64,000 nt of DNA, from the IMG/VR virus record IMGVR_UViG_3300049460_000312, positions 219,374 to 283,373 of that record; one strand, 5' to 3'. This document shows positions 56,879 to 64,000 of this stretch, in pieces. Numbering within the stretch: position 1 is the stretch's first letter; each line of letters starts with the position of its first letter. The position numbers were made by a program, and so were the translations under genes. A model generated the notes under the pieces. It searched no databases. It was not told where the DNA came from and saw nothing but the letters and a program-made list of their open reading frames with translations.

Positions 56879-57136
56879 TTAATCGTGTTTGTCCCGATCC
56901 TGCTTCCTGCACACATGGCGCACGCCCAGATACCCGGTAACTAGCGCCACAGGCAGAGCCATAGGCCAGAGCAGAATCGTCAATACCGTTGTGATACTGG
57001 TGACGTACCACGGCAGAGCCAGCTCATACAGGCTGAGGATTAGGGCTACTGAGCGGTACTTGAGGACATAGATGACGAACCAGCCAACGGCCGTCCAAAC
57101 AGCAAAGACTGCCAGGAAGACATCCCAGCTCATCAC
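56879..57136 (-). CDS. Small two-TM membrane protein
   Basis: Two hydrophobic segments; ATGA overlap. Confidence 0.65.
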   Translation of the reverse strand: MMSWDVFLAVFAVWTAVGWFVIYVLKYRSVALILSLYELALPWYVTSITTVLTILLWPMALPVALVTGYLGVRHVCRKQDRDKHD

Positions 57137-57645
57137 AGGTCATCCGGCATCTGATACGGCGGATGGAAATACGTCTCAGGCTCGCCGAATGCACGGATCG
57201 GTGCTACGCGATCCCGTGGACCGATGACCGGCGTCTCGGCAGCAGCCAGTTTGCGCGTCCAGTAGTCCCCTTCGACCTTTTTCTTCAGGCGCTCCTGCGC
57301 TTCTTTCAACAGAGTGGCATTGAGCTCCGGATACTTGCCGCTACGCACTTCTTCGACGGCCTGCATGGCTGAGCGACGATTGCCAAAAAACCAGCGCTCA
57401 CCGTAGCCGTCTTCACGCTTCGGTTCAGCCAGAAAGCCTCTCCAGCTATCTTGCTTGAACCAGGCGGTAGGCGGACGGAAGAACATAAACATGCCTTGTG
57501 CCGGAAGAATCCGTTTCTTACCGAGCAACAGATGAGCTTTCATCTCGACGACCAGCTCCAGCGAGTCATCGACGTAGGCGTCGACGTAGTACAGCGTCTG
57601 GCCGGAGACTAAGCGACTGACTTTCTGCAAAGAAAGATGTTTCAT
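57133..57645 (-). CDS. Hypothetical protein
   Basis: 170 aa; TAAGGAG RBS. Confidence 0.7.
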   Translation of the reverse strand: MKHLSLQKVSRLVSGQTLYYVDAYVDDSLELVVEMKAHLLLGKKRILPAQGMFMFFRPPTAWFKQDSWRGFLAEPKREDGYGERWFFGNRRSAMQAVEEVRSGKYPELNATLLKEAQERLKKKVEGDYWTRKLAAAETPVIGPRDRVAPIRAFGEPETYFHPPYQMPDDL

Positions 57646-57689
57646 GACTTACTCCTTAAGAAAGGGTGGCCGAAACCACCCTCGGTCCC

Positions 57690-58007
57690 TTAGGCTTGCG
57701 GGAACAGCGCGCGCATCATCTTGAGGAAGATCTTCTGGCCCATATTCGGGTTCGTCGCTTCCTTGATTAGATTACCCGCCAAACTCTTGGCGGTCATGCT
57801 GTCGCCCCAGATCGTTTTCGTGTAAGCATGCACACGTCGACGCAGTTCTTCCGGTGTCACTTGCTGATCCCGCAGAATCTGGGCATACATTGCCGAATAG
57901 ATCGTTGGTGAGTCATCGACAGCGGGCATATGCAACGCCGCCATCAAGAGGCCAATCTGATCTGCAGCGGCTTGTGAGACAACACTCACAACTTTCTGAC
58001 TTACCAT
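57690..58007 (-). CDS. Hypothetical protein
   Basis: 105 aa ORF. Confidence 0.65.
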   Translation of the reverse strand: MVSQKVVSVVSQAAADQIGLLMAALHMPAVDDSPTIYSAMYAQILRDQQVTPEELRRRVHAYTKTIWGDSMTAKSLAGNLIKEATNPNMGQKIFLKMMRALFPQA

Positions 58008-58044
58008 GACAATGCTCCTGTCTAAAGGGGAGGAGGGGAGAAGC

Positions 58045-58386
58045 TTATGAGCGCGGGCGGCTCATCGCGGCCAGCTGCGTGGTGAGGATATACCACTTGT
58101 TAAACTTGCGCGCGTCAGCAGCCGTCTTGATCGACAGGTACGCGTGCTTGGTGTTGGGGGCGGTCGTGGACTTGATCTTGCCCGAGTCCTTATCGACCAT
58201 ATACACGGTGTAGCGGTCGCCCGCCCATTCGAGACGCACGCGGCCGATATACTTGCGTTCGTCGAAGTTGATTTCGATGACGTCGTTGTTGTCGAGCAGG
58301 CGTACACGGGCGATGCCCGGAATGTCTTCACTGTGACGCAGTTTGGTCAGGACTGCGACGATTGCATTTTTGCTGGTAGTTGCCAT
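58045..58386 (-). CDS. Hypothetical early protein
   Basis: 113 aa; CATATTAC at 58441-58448. Confidence 0.7.
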   Translation of the reverse strand: MATTSKNAIVAVLTKLRHSEDIPGIARVRLLDNNDVIEINFDERKYIGRVRLEWAGDRYTVYMVDKDSGKIKSTTAPNTKHAYLSIKTAADARKFNKWYILTTQLAAMSRPRS

Positions 58387-58440
58387 TGTTCTAGTACCTT
58401 ATTGAGAGATAGACGGACTACGTGTTTGTATTCCATCTTA

Positions 58441-58448
58441 GTAATATG
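58441..58448 (-). promoter_or_regulatory. Putative early promoter CATATTAC
   Basis: Matches the recurring motif. Confidence 0.55.
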
Positions 58449-58509
58449 GCTCTGAATATTTTTAGAAACCAACGGCATAAAGGAGAAGGCCGCAGCCCTC
58501 TCCTGGTGC

Positions 58510-58899
58510 TTAGTGGGAACTGCGTCGACAGAACTCACGGAACTGGTTCTGCATCTTGGCGCTGGTATAACTCCAGCCCCATGGATAGGCAGTATTAACT
58601 TCTCGCTCTAAAACCGTCGGGGCGAACTGACGCTCGAAGATTTCAGCGTCTGCCGCAATGGCTCGATTCACCGAGGCCATATGGGCGGCGACCGGTCGCC
58701 GTTCCTGTTGCTTGGCGAGCTCGGCGGAGAAGATTTCCCGGGCTACGTTTAAATTACCTCGCCAGTAGGCATGGCTGACTGCTTCGCGGATTTTGGTCCG
58801 AACGTTTTCATCCAAAGCATGCATCACTTCGGAGGGAAAGAATTCAGCCACCATCTTCTCAACTTCTGCGTCATGTGCTTCCTGATTCAAAGTGCTCAT
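58510..58899 (-). CDS. Hypothetical protein
   Basis: Start at MSTLNQE with an AAGGA RBS. Confidence 0.65.
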   Translation of the reverse strand: MSTLNQEAHDAEVEKMVAEFFPSEVMHALDENVRTKIREAVSHAYWRGNLNVAREIFSAELAKQQERRPVAAHMASVNRAIAADAEIFERQFAPTVLEREVNTAYPWGWSYTSAKMQNQFREFCRRSSH

Positions 58900-58990
58900 T
58901 CGTAGTTCCTTGTCGGATACAAAGGTATCTTGTGTGTCAGGATAACCTGACCGTTTCAACCCACATCTAAGAACGGGTGCAGGAATGGCA

Positions 58991-59428
58991 ATGAGAATCG
59001 CCTTGTGGAAAGGCACCGACCCCGGCTTTGCCGGTATTCTCGATCGCGCGATTCGCTGGTGGACCAGTGGACCGTACTCGCATTGCGAGGTGATCTTTTC
59101 TGATGGCTGGACGGGCACCGCCTCTGCAGCCGATAAGGGCGTTGCACTGGTGCAGCGGCCCGAGGGGTATTACGACCCCAAGGATTGGGACTTCATCGAT
59201 CTCGAAGGAGACGAGCTAGCTGTACGTGCCTGGTACAAGCTGCATCGTGGTCTTCCATACGATCTGTTAGGCGACTTCGGTTTTGTCTGGCGACCGATAC
59301 GCGGGGATGGCGGAGCCTACTTCTGCTCCGAGGCTTTTGGTGCCGCGTTCCGCTGGCCAGACAGCTGGCAATTCAGTCCCAACCAGGTCGCGAGTGTGTT
59401 GCGCATTCCTAAATATGTTCCGGCCTGA
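58991..59428 (+). CDS. Permuted papain-like/NlpC-P60 (YiiX-like) cysteine hydrolase
   Basis: SGPYSHCEV (His), YDLLG and YFCSEA (Cys) in permuted order. Confidence 0.75.
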   Translation: MRIALWKGTDPGFAGILDRAIRWWTSGPYSHCEVIFSDGWTGTASAADKGVALVQRPEGYYDPKDWDFIDLEGDELAVRAWYKLHRGLPYDLLGDFGFVWRPIRGDGGAYFCSEAFGAAFRWPDSWQFSPNQVASVLRIPKYVPA

Positions 59429-59516
59429 TAAAAAGAAGCATTGATCGCCAGAGCGGGACGCCGCTCTGGCTTTTATGTCGGAATCCTATGTCATTCTTTG
59501 GGTTCCACTATACATC

Positions 59517-60221
59517 ATGCTTGAGGCGCTACTCACTGCCAAAAAAGCCGCAGCCCCCGCTGGGTTGCCACAGGATCAACCATTGATCGGCTTTAATTAC
59601 GACCGTAATGCCAGCACCGGCACCACGGCCATTACTTCCTCTCACTCCGCCAGCCAGTTGATTGTGCCGGGTGTAGCCGTCCCTGGTTACAACAAAGTGC
59701 TAAGCGCCAACGCGCAGTCCAATACCTTCACGAATTCATCGGCGATGAACGTAGGGACAGGTGACTTCACGATGGAGATGCGCGTGCTGTTAAAAGGCAC
59801 ATCCGGCTACGTACATCTTTGGTGGTCGACCAGTACGAACTCTACCGGTATCCGGATGGAAGATTCTGGCTTCGGCGATAAGCTCGCGTTCTTTATTAAT
59901 GCCAATACTCACGTCTTTTATGCCGGTGGTAAGACCAAAGCAGATATGCAGGTCTGGCGTCATTTGGTGCTGATGCGCAAGAACGGGAATGTCAGCTTTT
60001 ATTGGGATGGCGTACGCATCGGTATCGCTGCTGATCGTGGCGCTGACTTTTCGCAACAGGTATTGCCTGCTGCTGATGCACTATCGGCCTTCACGGCATC
60101 AGGCATTGGCTACGCAGGCTATGGTGCCGGGTACTGTGTAGCGGAATGGGCTTTTTACAACCGTGCCAAGTTTGACGGGATGACATCGTTCACACCGCCG
60201 TCTGGTTACATTGCGCCGTAA
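59517..60221 (+). CDS. LamG-like jelly-roll virion protein, displaced paralogue
   Basis: MLEALL N-terminus; GTGDFTMEM...WRHLVLMRKNG...FTPPS. Confidence 0.75.
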   Translation: MLEALLTAKKAAAPAGLPQDQPLIGFNYDRNASTGTTAITSSHSASQLIVPGVAVPGYNKVLSANAQSNTFTNSSAMNVGTGDFTMEMRVLLKGTSGYVHLWWSTSTNSTGIRMEDSGFGDKLAFFINANTHVFYAGGKTKADMQVWRHLVLMRKNGNVSFYWDGVRIGIAADRGADFSQQVLPAADALSAFTASGIGYAGYGAGYCVAEWAFYNRAKFDGMTSFTPPSGYIAP

Positions 60222-60251
60222 CAACAAAAAAAGAATGATCTCTCGCAGTAC

Positions 60252-60287
60252 AGGCTAGAGCGCCCGGGCGCTCTAGCCTTTATGCTG
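60252..60287. terminator. Convergent terminator; perfect 28-bp palindrome
   Basis: aggctagagcgccc/gggcgctctagcct followed by TTATGCTG. Confidence 0.75.
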
Positions 60288-60288
60288 C

Positions 60289-60801
60289 TTATTCGCGGAC
60301 TTGACCCACCAACAGCACGTCACCGTCCATCACGAAGAAACCAACCGCCGGTTCGTTCAGCGCGTTCTTCTTGGTGCCGACGATCATCGGTTCGTGACCG
60401 GTCATTTCCTTGATCGTCTGGAAGATCGAGTTGACTGCCGGAGCATACTTCTCACCCAGGCCCGACTCACGAAGCATTGCGTCGATCGTGAGATCGCGCA
60501 GCGTGTCCGGTTCTTCGGACAGCATCAGCTCGATCGCACGCCCAATCGTCACCGGCGCTCCATCCGTGTAGGTGGCTTGCGAGATGCGCAGATGGAAGCT
60601 GATCTCATCACTGTCGTCGTCCTTGAACTGGTTCATGCCGTAGTCAGCCACCACGAACTTGACGTGACGCGAATTCATCGTCTGACCTTGCTGACCACCG
60701 AGTTCGAATTCCACTTCGGCGGCACGGTTATAACGGGTCACCACACGAGCTTCACAACCCAGAACTGCTGCCAGCATATTGATCGACTTTGCGTATTCCA
60801 T
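60289..60801 (-). CDS. Hypothetical protein
   Basis: 170 aa ORF. Confidence 0.7.
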   Translation of the reverse strand: MEYAKSINMLAAVLGCEARVVTRYNRAAEVEFELGGQQGQTMNSRHVKFVVADYGMNQFKDDDSDEISFHLRISQATYTDGAPVTIGRAIELMLSEEPDTLRDLTIDAMLRESGLGEKYAPAVNSIFQTIKEMTGHEPMIVGTKKNALNEPAVGFFVMDGDVLLVGQVRE

Positions 60802-60949
60802 GATTCTTCCTGATTTAAAGTTAGATTGTTGAGCACCATGTAGGTATGGCTCTAGTTAGTATATGTGGTTAAAAGTTTTTTCATTTGACCCGCAGGCAAA
60901 AAAAAAGAACGGCATAAACGGAGAGGGCGCAGACCCTCTCCGTATGCAG

Positions 60950-61549
60950 TTAAAAGAGTGGCTCTTTCCAGATGTCACCCGAGAGCATGCCAAGCACGAG
61001 TTCGTCCGTGATCTCGTCATCGTAAGCGAGCTCGGAGATCGAGATGAAGTCGCCGTTGGCTGTCGCGATGACCATGCCGTGGATATTGCACGACGGCCCC
61101 ACGAACGGCTCGCGCATGACGTAGAACACCTTGTCCGGCGCCCCCATGCACGCGGTCCGAACTTTCTCCACCCAGCCATCCATCGGGATCAAAGGAGTTG
61201 CGGGATCGCGATTGTAGAGGATGTCAAAGCCACGGGCATGGCGCAGAAACTCCATTCCGTGCGTCCACGCCTGCACAGTATGATTGGCTTCATCCAGATT
61301 GCCATACAGCGTAACCGACATCGACAACCTACGATCTGGTGTCATGTACCGGTATGTATCGGCCTCCGGCGGTTCAGCCGGGATATGACGATTCTCGAAC
61401 GTCAGCGCGTGCGTTTTCTGATCGTACTGAAAAGGCCGGAAATCAAAGATGCGCACCAGATCCATACCTTCCGGACCGACGGCCTGTGCCTCAGCCTTTC
61501 GGACCACCTCGTTGGTGAATGAACTTGGTACGATAGAACGTTTTGTCAT
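60950..61549 (-). CDS. Hypothetical protein (start uncertain: 61549 or 61465)
   Basis: ORF followed by the hairpin element. Confidence 0.65.
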   Translation of the reverse strand: MTKRSIVPSSFTNEVVRKAEAQAVGPEGMDLVRIFDFRPFQYDQKTHALTFENRHIPAEPPEADTYRYMTPDRRLSMSVTLYGNLDEANHTVQAWTHGMEFLRHARGFDILYNRDPATPLIPMDGWVEKVRTACMGAPDKVFYVMREPFVGPSCNIHGMVIATANGDFISISELAYDDEITDELVLGMLSGDIWKEPLF

Positions 61550-62024
61550 AGCCTTTCGCCTTTGCGTGTTCAGCCCAGTCACTGGCCAGGAGGATGTAAG
61601 GATCGTAGATACCCGAGACTTCGTGTTCTTCCACAAAACGGCACGCTTCTGCAATCGTCTGGCAGCCACGTAGCAGCCGCAGATAAGCGTACGTGATGTC
61701 GCGCGACGCATTGAGCAGTTGGAACGTCTCGGTAGTAACAGGCGTGATCGTGATCGAGTTATCTTCCGAGTCGGCATGCATCACCATCACTTCCCCGTCG
61801 TTGTCCACGTGGATGAAGTAGCAGCCAATGGCATTCTTCGGCAACACATCCTTCATGCCCTTGCGCACCCAACGGATAAACTGGTAGCCCGAGAGCGTGA
61901 TCGGAATGAACATCCCGTATTCAGTTCCGAAGGCTTCAAACGGATCGATATGGACTGGTCCAAAGTCACCGCCGTCGTAGTTACGGAAGGCAATCACGTT
62001 TTTGTTGTAGATGATATTAACCAC
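61491..62024 (-). CDS. Hypothetical protein
   Basis: 177 aa, GTG start. Confidence 0.65.
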   Translation of the reverse strand: MVNIIYNKNVIAFRNYDGGDFGPVHIDPFEAFGTEYGMFIPITLSGYQFIRWVRKGMKDVLPKNAIGCYFIHVDNDGEVMVMHADSEDNSITITPVTTETFQLLNASRDITYAYLRLLRGCQTIAEACRFVEEHEVSGIYDPYILLASDWAEHAKAKGYDKTFYRTKFIHQRGGPKG

Positions 62025-62934
62025 GCTGTGCTTCCTCTTTCACTTGTTCTTCTGTGGACAGCCTAAAGCCAGTGATCTCGCAAGCGGTATCGAACCACTG
62101 GGTCTGACGCGACTCTGGTGTGGAGAAGTCGAAGCAGATACTGGCTTTGTTGAAATGGATCAGACCATCGCGATACTCGCCTAGCGAGAGGAACGTAGCA
62201 ATCGTTTCCGTCAGACGTTTGAGCGATTCGGCTCGGTCCTTTTCCTCGATGAGATTAAGCTTGAGATCGACTTGCAGGACTTCGTCCACATTCGAGAAGA
62301 GCTCAAGCAGGAAATCGTTATCGAGCACGGGCGGAAAGAGACTCGCGTCGAGCTGGTCGATGCCGAGCGTCTCAAACTCGTACCCTGTCGGAATCCCGGA
62401 ATCCCGCAGCGACTCGTAGACGTCGCTTAACGGCAAGCCGTGATCCAGCAGGATGGCGGCTTGCTTGCGGCCCGCGCCAATGATGGCGGGCTCGTCGTTG
62501 TTGTAGACATGGAACGCCCCGTTGTAGAAAACAAAGGTGGTTTCGATGCCCACGGCGATCATCTGCTGGTCGCGCGCATTGATTGCCTCGGAGAGGGCCT
62601 GACCGAGCATCCCGCGTAGCCGTTCGAGGCGTTTGCGGAACTTGAAGAAGGCGTCGAGATCGAGGATCGCGAAGCGATAGAATTCGGTTTGGCGAAAGCG
62701 GTCTTCGAGGAAGTAGTGCAGGGCAAAGATCGTGGCCAGGCGCTGCTGGTGATTGAGCTTGGCTGTCTCTGCCTGGTCGTCGCTGAACTCAAAGCCCGAG
62801 CAGCCGTAGATACAATAGGGCGTCACAGCGAGCTTAGTTTCGTCGCGCACGCCGATGAGGCCCACACCGTGGCCGTTCACGATCTTGCGGCGGTCCGCTG
62901 AGATCTGTTTTTTCTGAGCGATGATGGTGGTCAA
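62017..62934 (-). CDS. HslV/proteasome-beta-like Ntn-hydrolase
   Basis: N-terminal TTIIA...ADRR, a Lys near position 33 (ETKL), IGAG at the GSG position. Confidence 0.65.
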   Translation of the reverse strand: MTTIIAQKKQISADRRKIVNGHGVGLIGVRDETKLAVTPYCIYGCSGFEFSDDQAETAKLNHQQRLATIFALHYFLEDRFRQTEFYRFAILDLDAFFKFRKRLERLRGMLGQALSEAINARDQQMIAVGIETTFVFYNGAFHVYNNDEPAIIGAGRKQAAILLDHGLPLSDVYESLRDSGIPTGYEFETLGIDQLDASLFPPVLDNDFLLELFSNVDEVLQVDLKLNLIEEKDRAESLKRLTETIATFLSLGEYRDGLIHFNKASICFDFSTPESRQTQWFDTACEITGFRLSTEEQVKEEAQRG

Positions 62935-63024
62935 TTGTTTTCCTTAGCGAGTGCAAAAAATTCTACGTCATAGAACCCCGAAGAGCCGAAGCCCTTCGGG
63001 GAACTTTACAGCGTCGACGGGTGC

Positions 63025-63324
63025 TTAGAACAGCGCCTTCTCGGCAAAGCCATTGCAGCCCTGACGGGCGGCGGGCTTCGCGTTCTTCTCGGCAGCCGCC
63101 GGGGCGGTCGGCTGTTCTGCAGCGAGCACTTGCTCGTACGACTCTTCGCCGGTGACGGTGAGGTCGTAGACACCCGGTTCGACCGTGTCCTGGTCAGCCG
63201 GCAGGTCCATCTTGAGCGTTGCAGTGCCGTCGCTGAACGTGACGTTCTTGTCCGTGTAGGTGGCGGTGAGTTTCGTGCCAACGCCGAACACAGCGGCGAG
63301 CTTCTTGGCGATTGCAGTGGTCAT
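63025..63324 (-). CDS. Hypothetical protein with an Ala-rich tail
   Basis: Start at MTTAIAK with an AAAGGAAG RBS. Confidence 0.6.
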   Translation of the reverse strand: MTTAIAKKLAAVFGVGTKLTATYTDKNVTFSDGTATLKMDLPADQDTVEPGVYDLTVTGEESYEQVLAAEQPTAPAAAEKNAKPAARQGCNGFAEKALF

Positions 63325-63403
63325 GATGCTTCTTCCTTTTGATAATAGGTGGGTGAGGTGGCACTCGCTGGTGCTCACGAGATGGTGGTGTAGGGTATTT
63401 TTG

Positions 63404-63592
63404 CTACGAGGCGCGCGTGGGCGGAATGGGCTGTGCGGGCGGCGCGTCGAGTTCGGCACGCAACGCATTCATGTCGTCACGCAGCTTGAGGATACGGTCC
63501 CGCAACTCGCCGGCATACATGTCTTTGTAGACCGGGTCCGCCAGATAGCCGTCTATCTCTTCCACAGCTTCAAACAGCACATCAGAAATCAC
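63404..63592 (-). CDS. Small early protein
   Basis: 62 aa; CATATTAC at 63620-63627. Confidence 0.6.
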   Translation of the reverse strand: MISDVLFEAVEEIDGYLADPVYKDMYAGELRDRILKLRDDMNALRAELDAPPAQPIPPTRAS

Positions 63593-63619
63593 AGCGTTCT
63601 CCTGGAAAAATCTCTAGGG

Positions 63620-63627
63620 GTAATATG
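63620..63627 (-). promoter_or_regulatory. Putative early promoter CATATTAC
   Basis: Matches the recurring motif. Confidence 0.55.
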
Positions 63628-63637
63628 CTGCCGAAAC

Positions 63638-64000
63638 TTAGTTCGATCGAGCCTCGATCACGCGATGCTTCTTGGCCACCTGACAGAGCGCGGCCGTGTT
63701 AAGCGTCTTGACCAGCGCCGAGCCAGAGCTCTTGTCGCGCACCAGACTGTCTTTCAGGTCCGGTCGACAGAGGATCTCGAAGTGTTCGGTAGCCCGCGCC
63801 CGCACGGACGCGACAAAAGCCTTGACGTCCGCACAGACCTCAGGACGGGCTGCTTCCATCAGTTCAGCGTTGGATACCAACGACTCCACGCGAACCAGCA
63901 GGCGACGCCATACGTCAGGCTGAGACACCCCCTGAGCGACAGAAATGAAGTACGACATCCCGGTCAGTCGATGCTTGTACTCAAACACGTCGGCATTGAC
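63638..64000 (-). CDS. Hypothetical protein, probably 5'-truncated by the window edge
   Basis: Frame stays open to the window end. Confidence 0.6.
   Translation of the reverse strand, partial: VNADVFEYKHRLTGMSYFISVAQGVSQPDVWRRLLVRVESLVSNAELMEAARPEVCADVKAFVASVRARATEHFEILCRPDLKDSLVRDKSSGSALVKTLNTAALCQVAKKHRVIEARSN

Larger units (their letters stand above)
392..60941 (-). repeat. Dispersed intergenic element: GC-rich hairpin followed by TTTATG(C/T)(C/T)G (reads C[G/A]GCATAA on +); terminator with a conserved tail, possibly doubling as a late promoter
   Basis: C[G/A]GCATAA next to a hairpin at 392, 5595, 7783, 10244, 11769, 13509, 13972, 17965, 20300, 26008, 27401, 30545, 35562, 39881, 42393, 45986, 49706, 50650, 55706, 58473 and 60910. 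Plus-orientation copies at 4429, 15716, 23252, 47656, 59471 and 60279. Confidence 0.85.

Noticed and set aside
392-60941. CRISPR array interpretation of the repeated intergenic hairpins
   Set aside because: Copies are dispersed at gene ends with different stem sequences, there is no regular repeat-spacer period, and no cas genes

Overview
Segment of a lytic jumbo-phage genome, most likely phiKZ-like (Chimalliviridae-type). This is inferred from phiKZ-style early (YATATTAC) and late (TATG) promoter motifs, a phiKZ-type virion paralogue family, and NrdA/NrdB plus an NAD-dependent ligase. Almost all genes are on the minus strand. 0.4-10 kb: early/accessory genes, including two tandem Pol-beta nucleotidyltransferases and a membrane AAA ATPase. 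10.2-12.6 kb: an RNA island with tRNA-Asn, tRNA-Asp, three ORF-free highly structured segments (about 740, 240 and 370 nt) and four microproteins. 14-15 kb: a macro-like protein and dCTP deaminase. 15.7-35.5 kb: a tail/receptor-binding block (lectin-like LamG/TSP/discoidin paralogues, FN3-type virion proteins, a fibre chaperone, a 1193-aa collagen fibre). 35.6-46 kb: nrdB, nrdA, ligA and a catalytically dead ligase paralogue. 46-64 kb: transglycosylase, DHH phosphoesterase, SF2 helicase, an inverted two-gene island and an HslV-like protease. No CRISPR array, rRNA gene, integrase or transposase was seen. Best leads: the candidate large ncRNAs around the tRNAs, a tail-fibre repeat module inserted in the NrdA C-terminal tail, a family of lectin-like proteins sharing an M[LF]E.LL N-terminus and a common promoter/terminator cassette, and a hairpin+TTTATGCCG element present more than 25 times. 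Family assignments come from motif recognition only; no database search or folding program was run.
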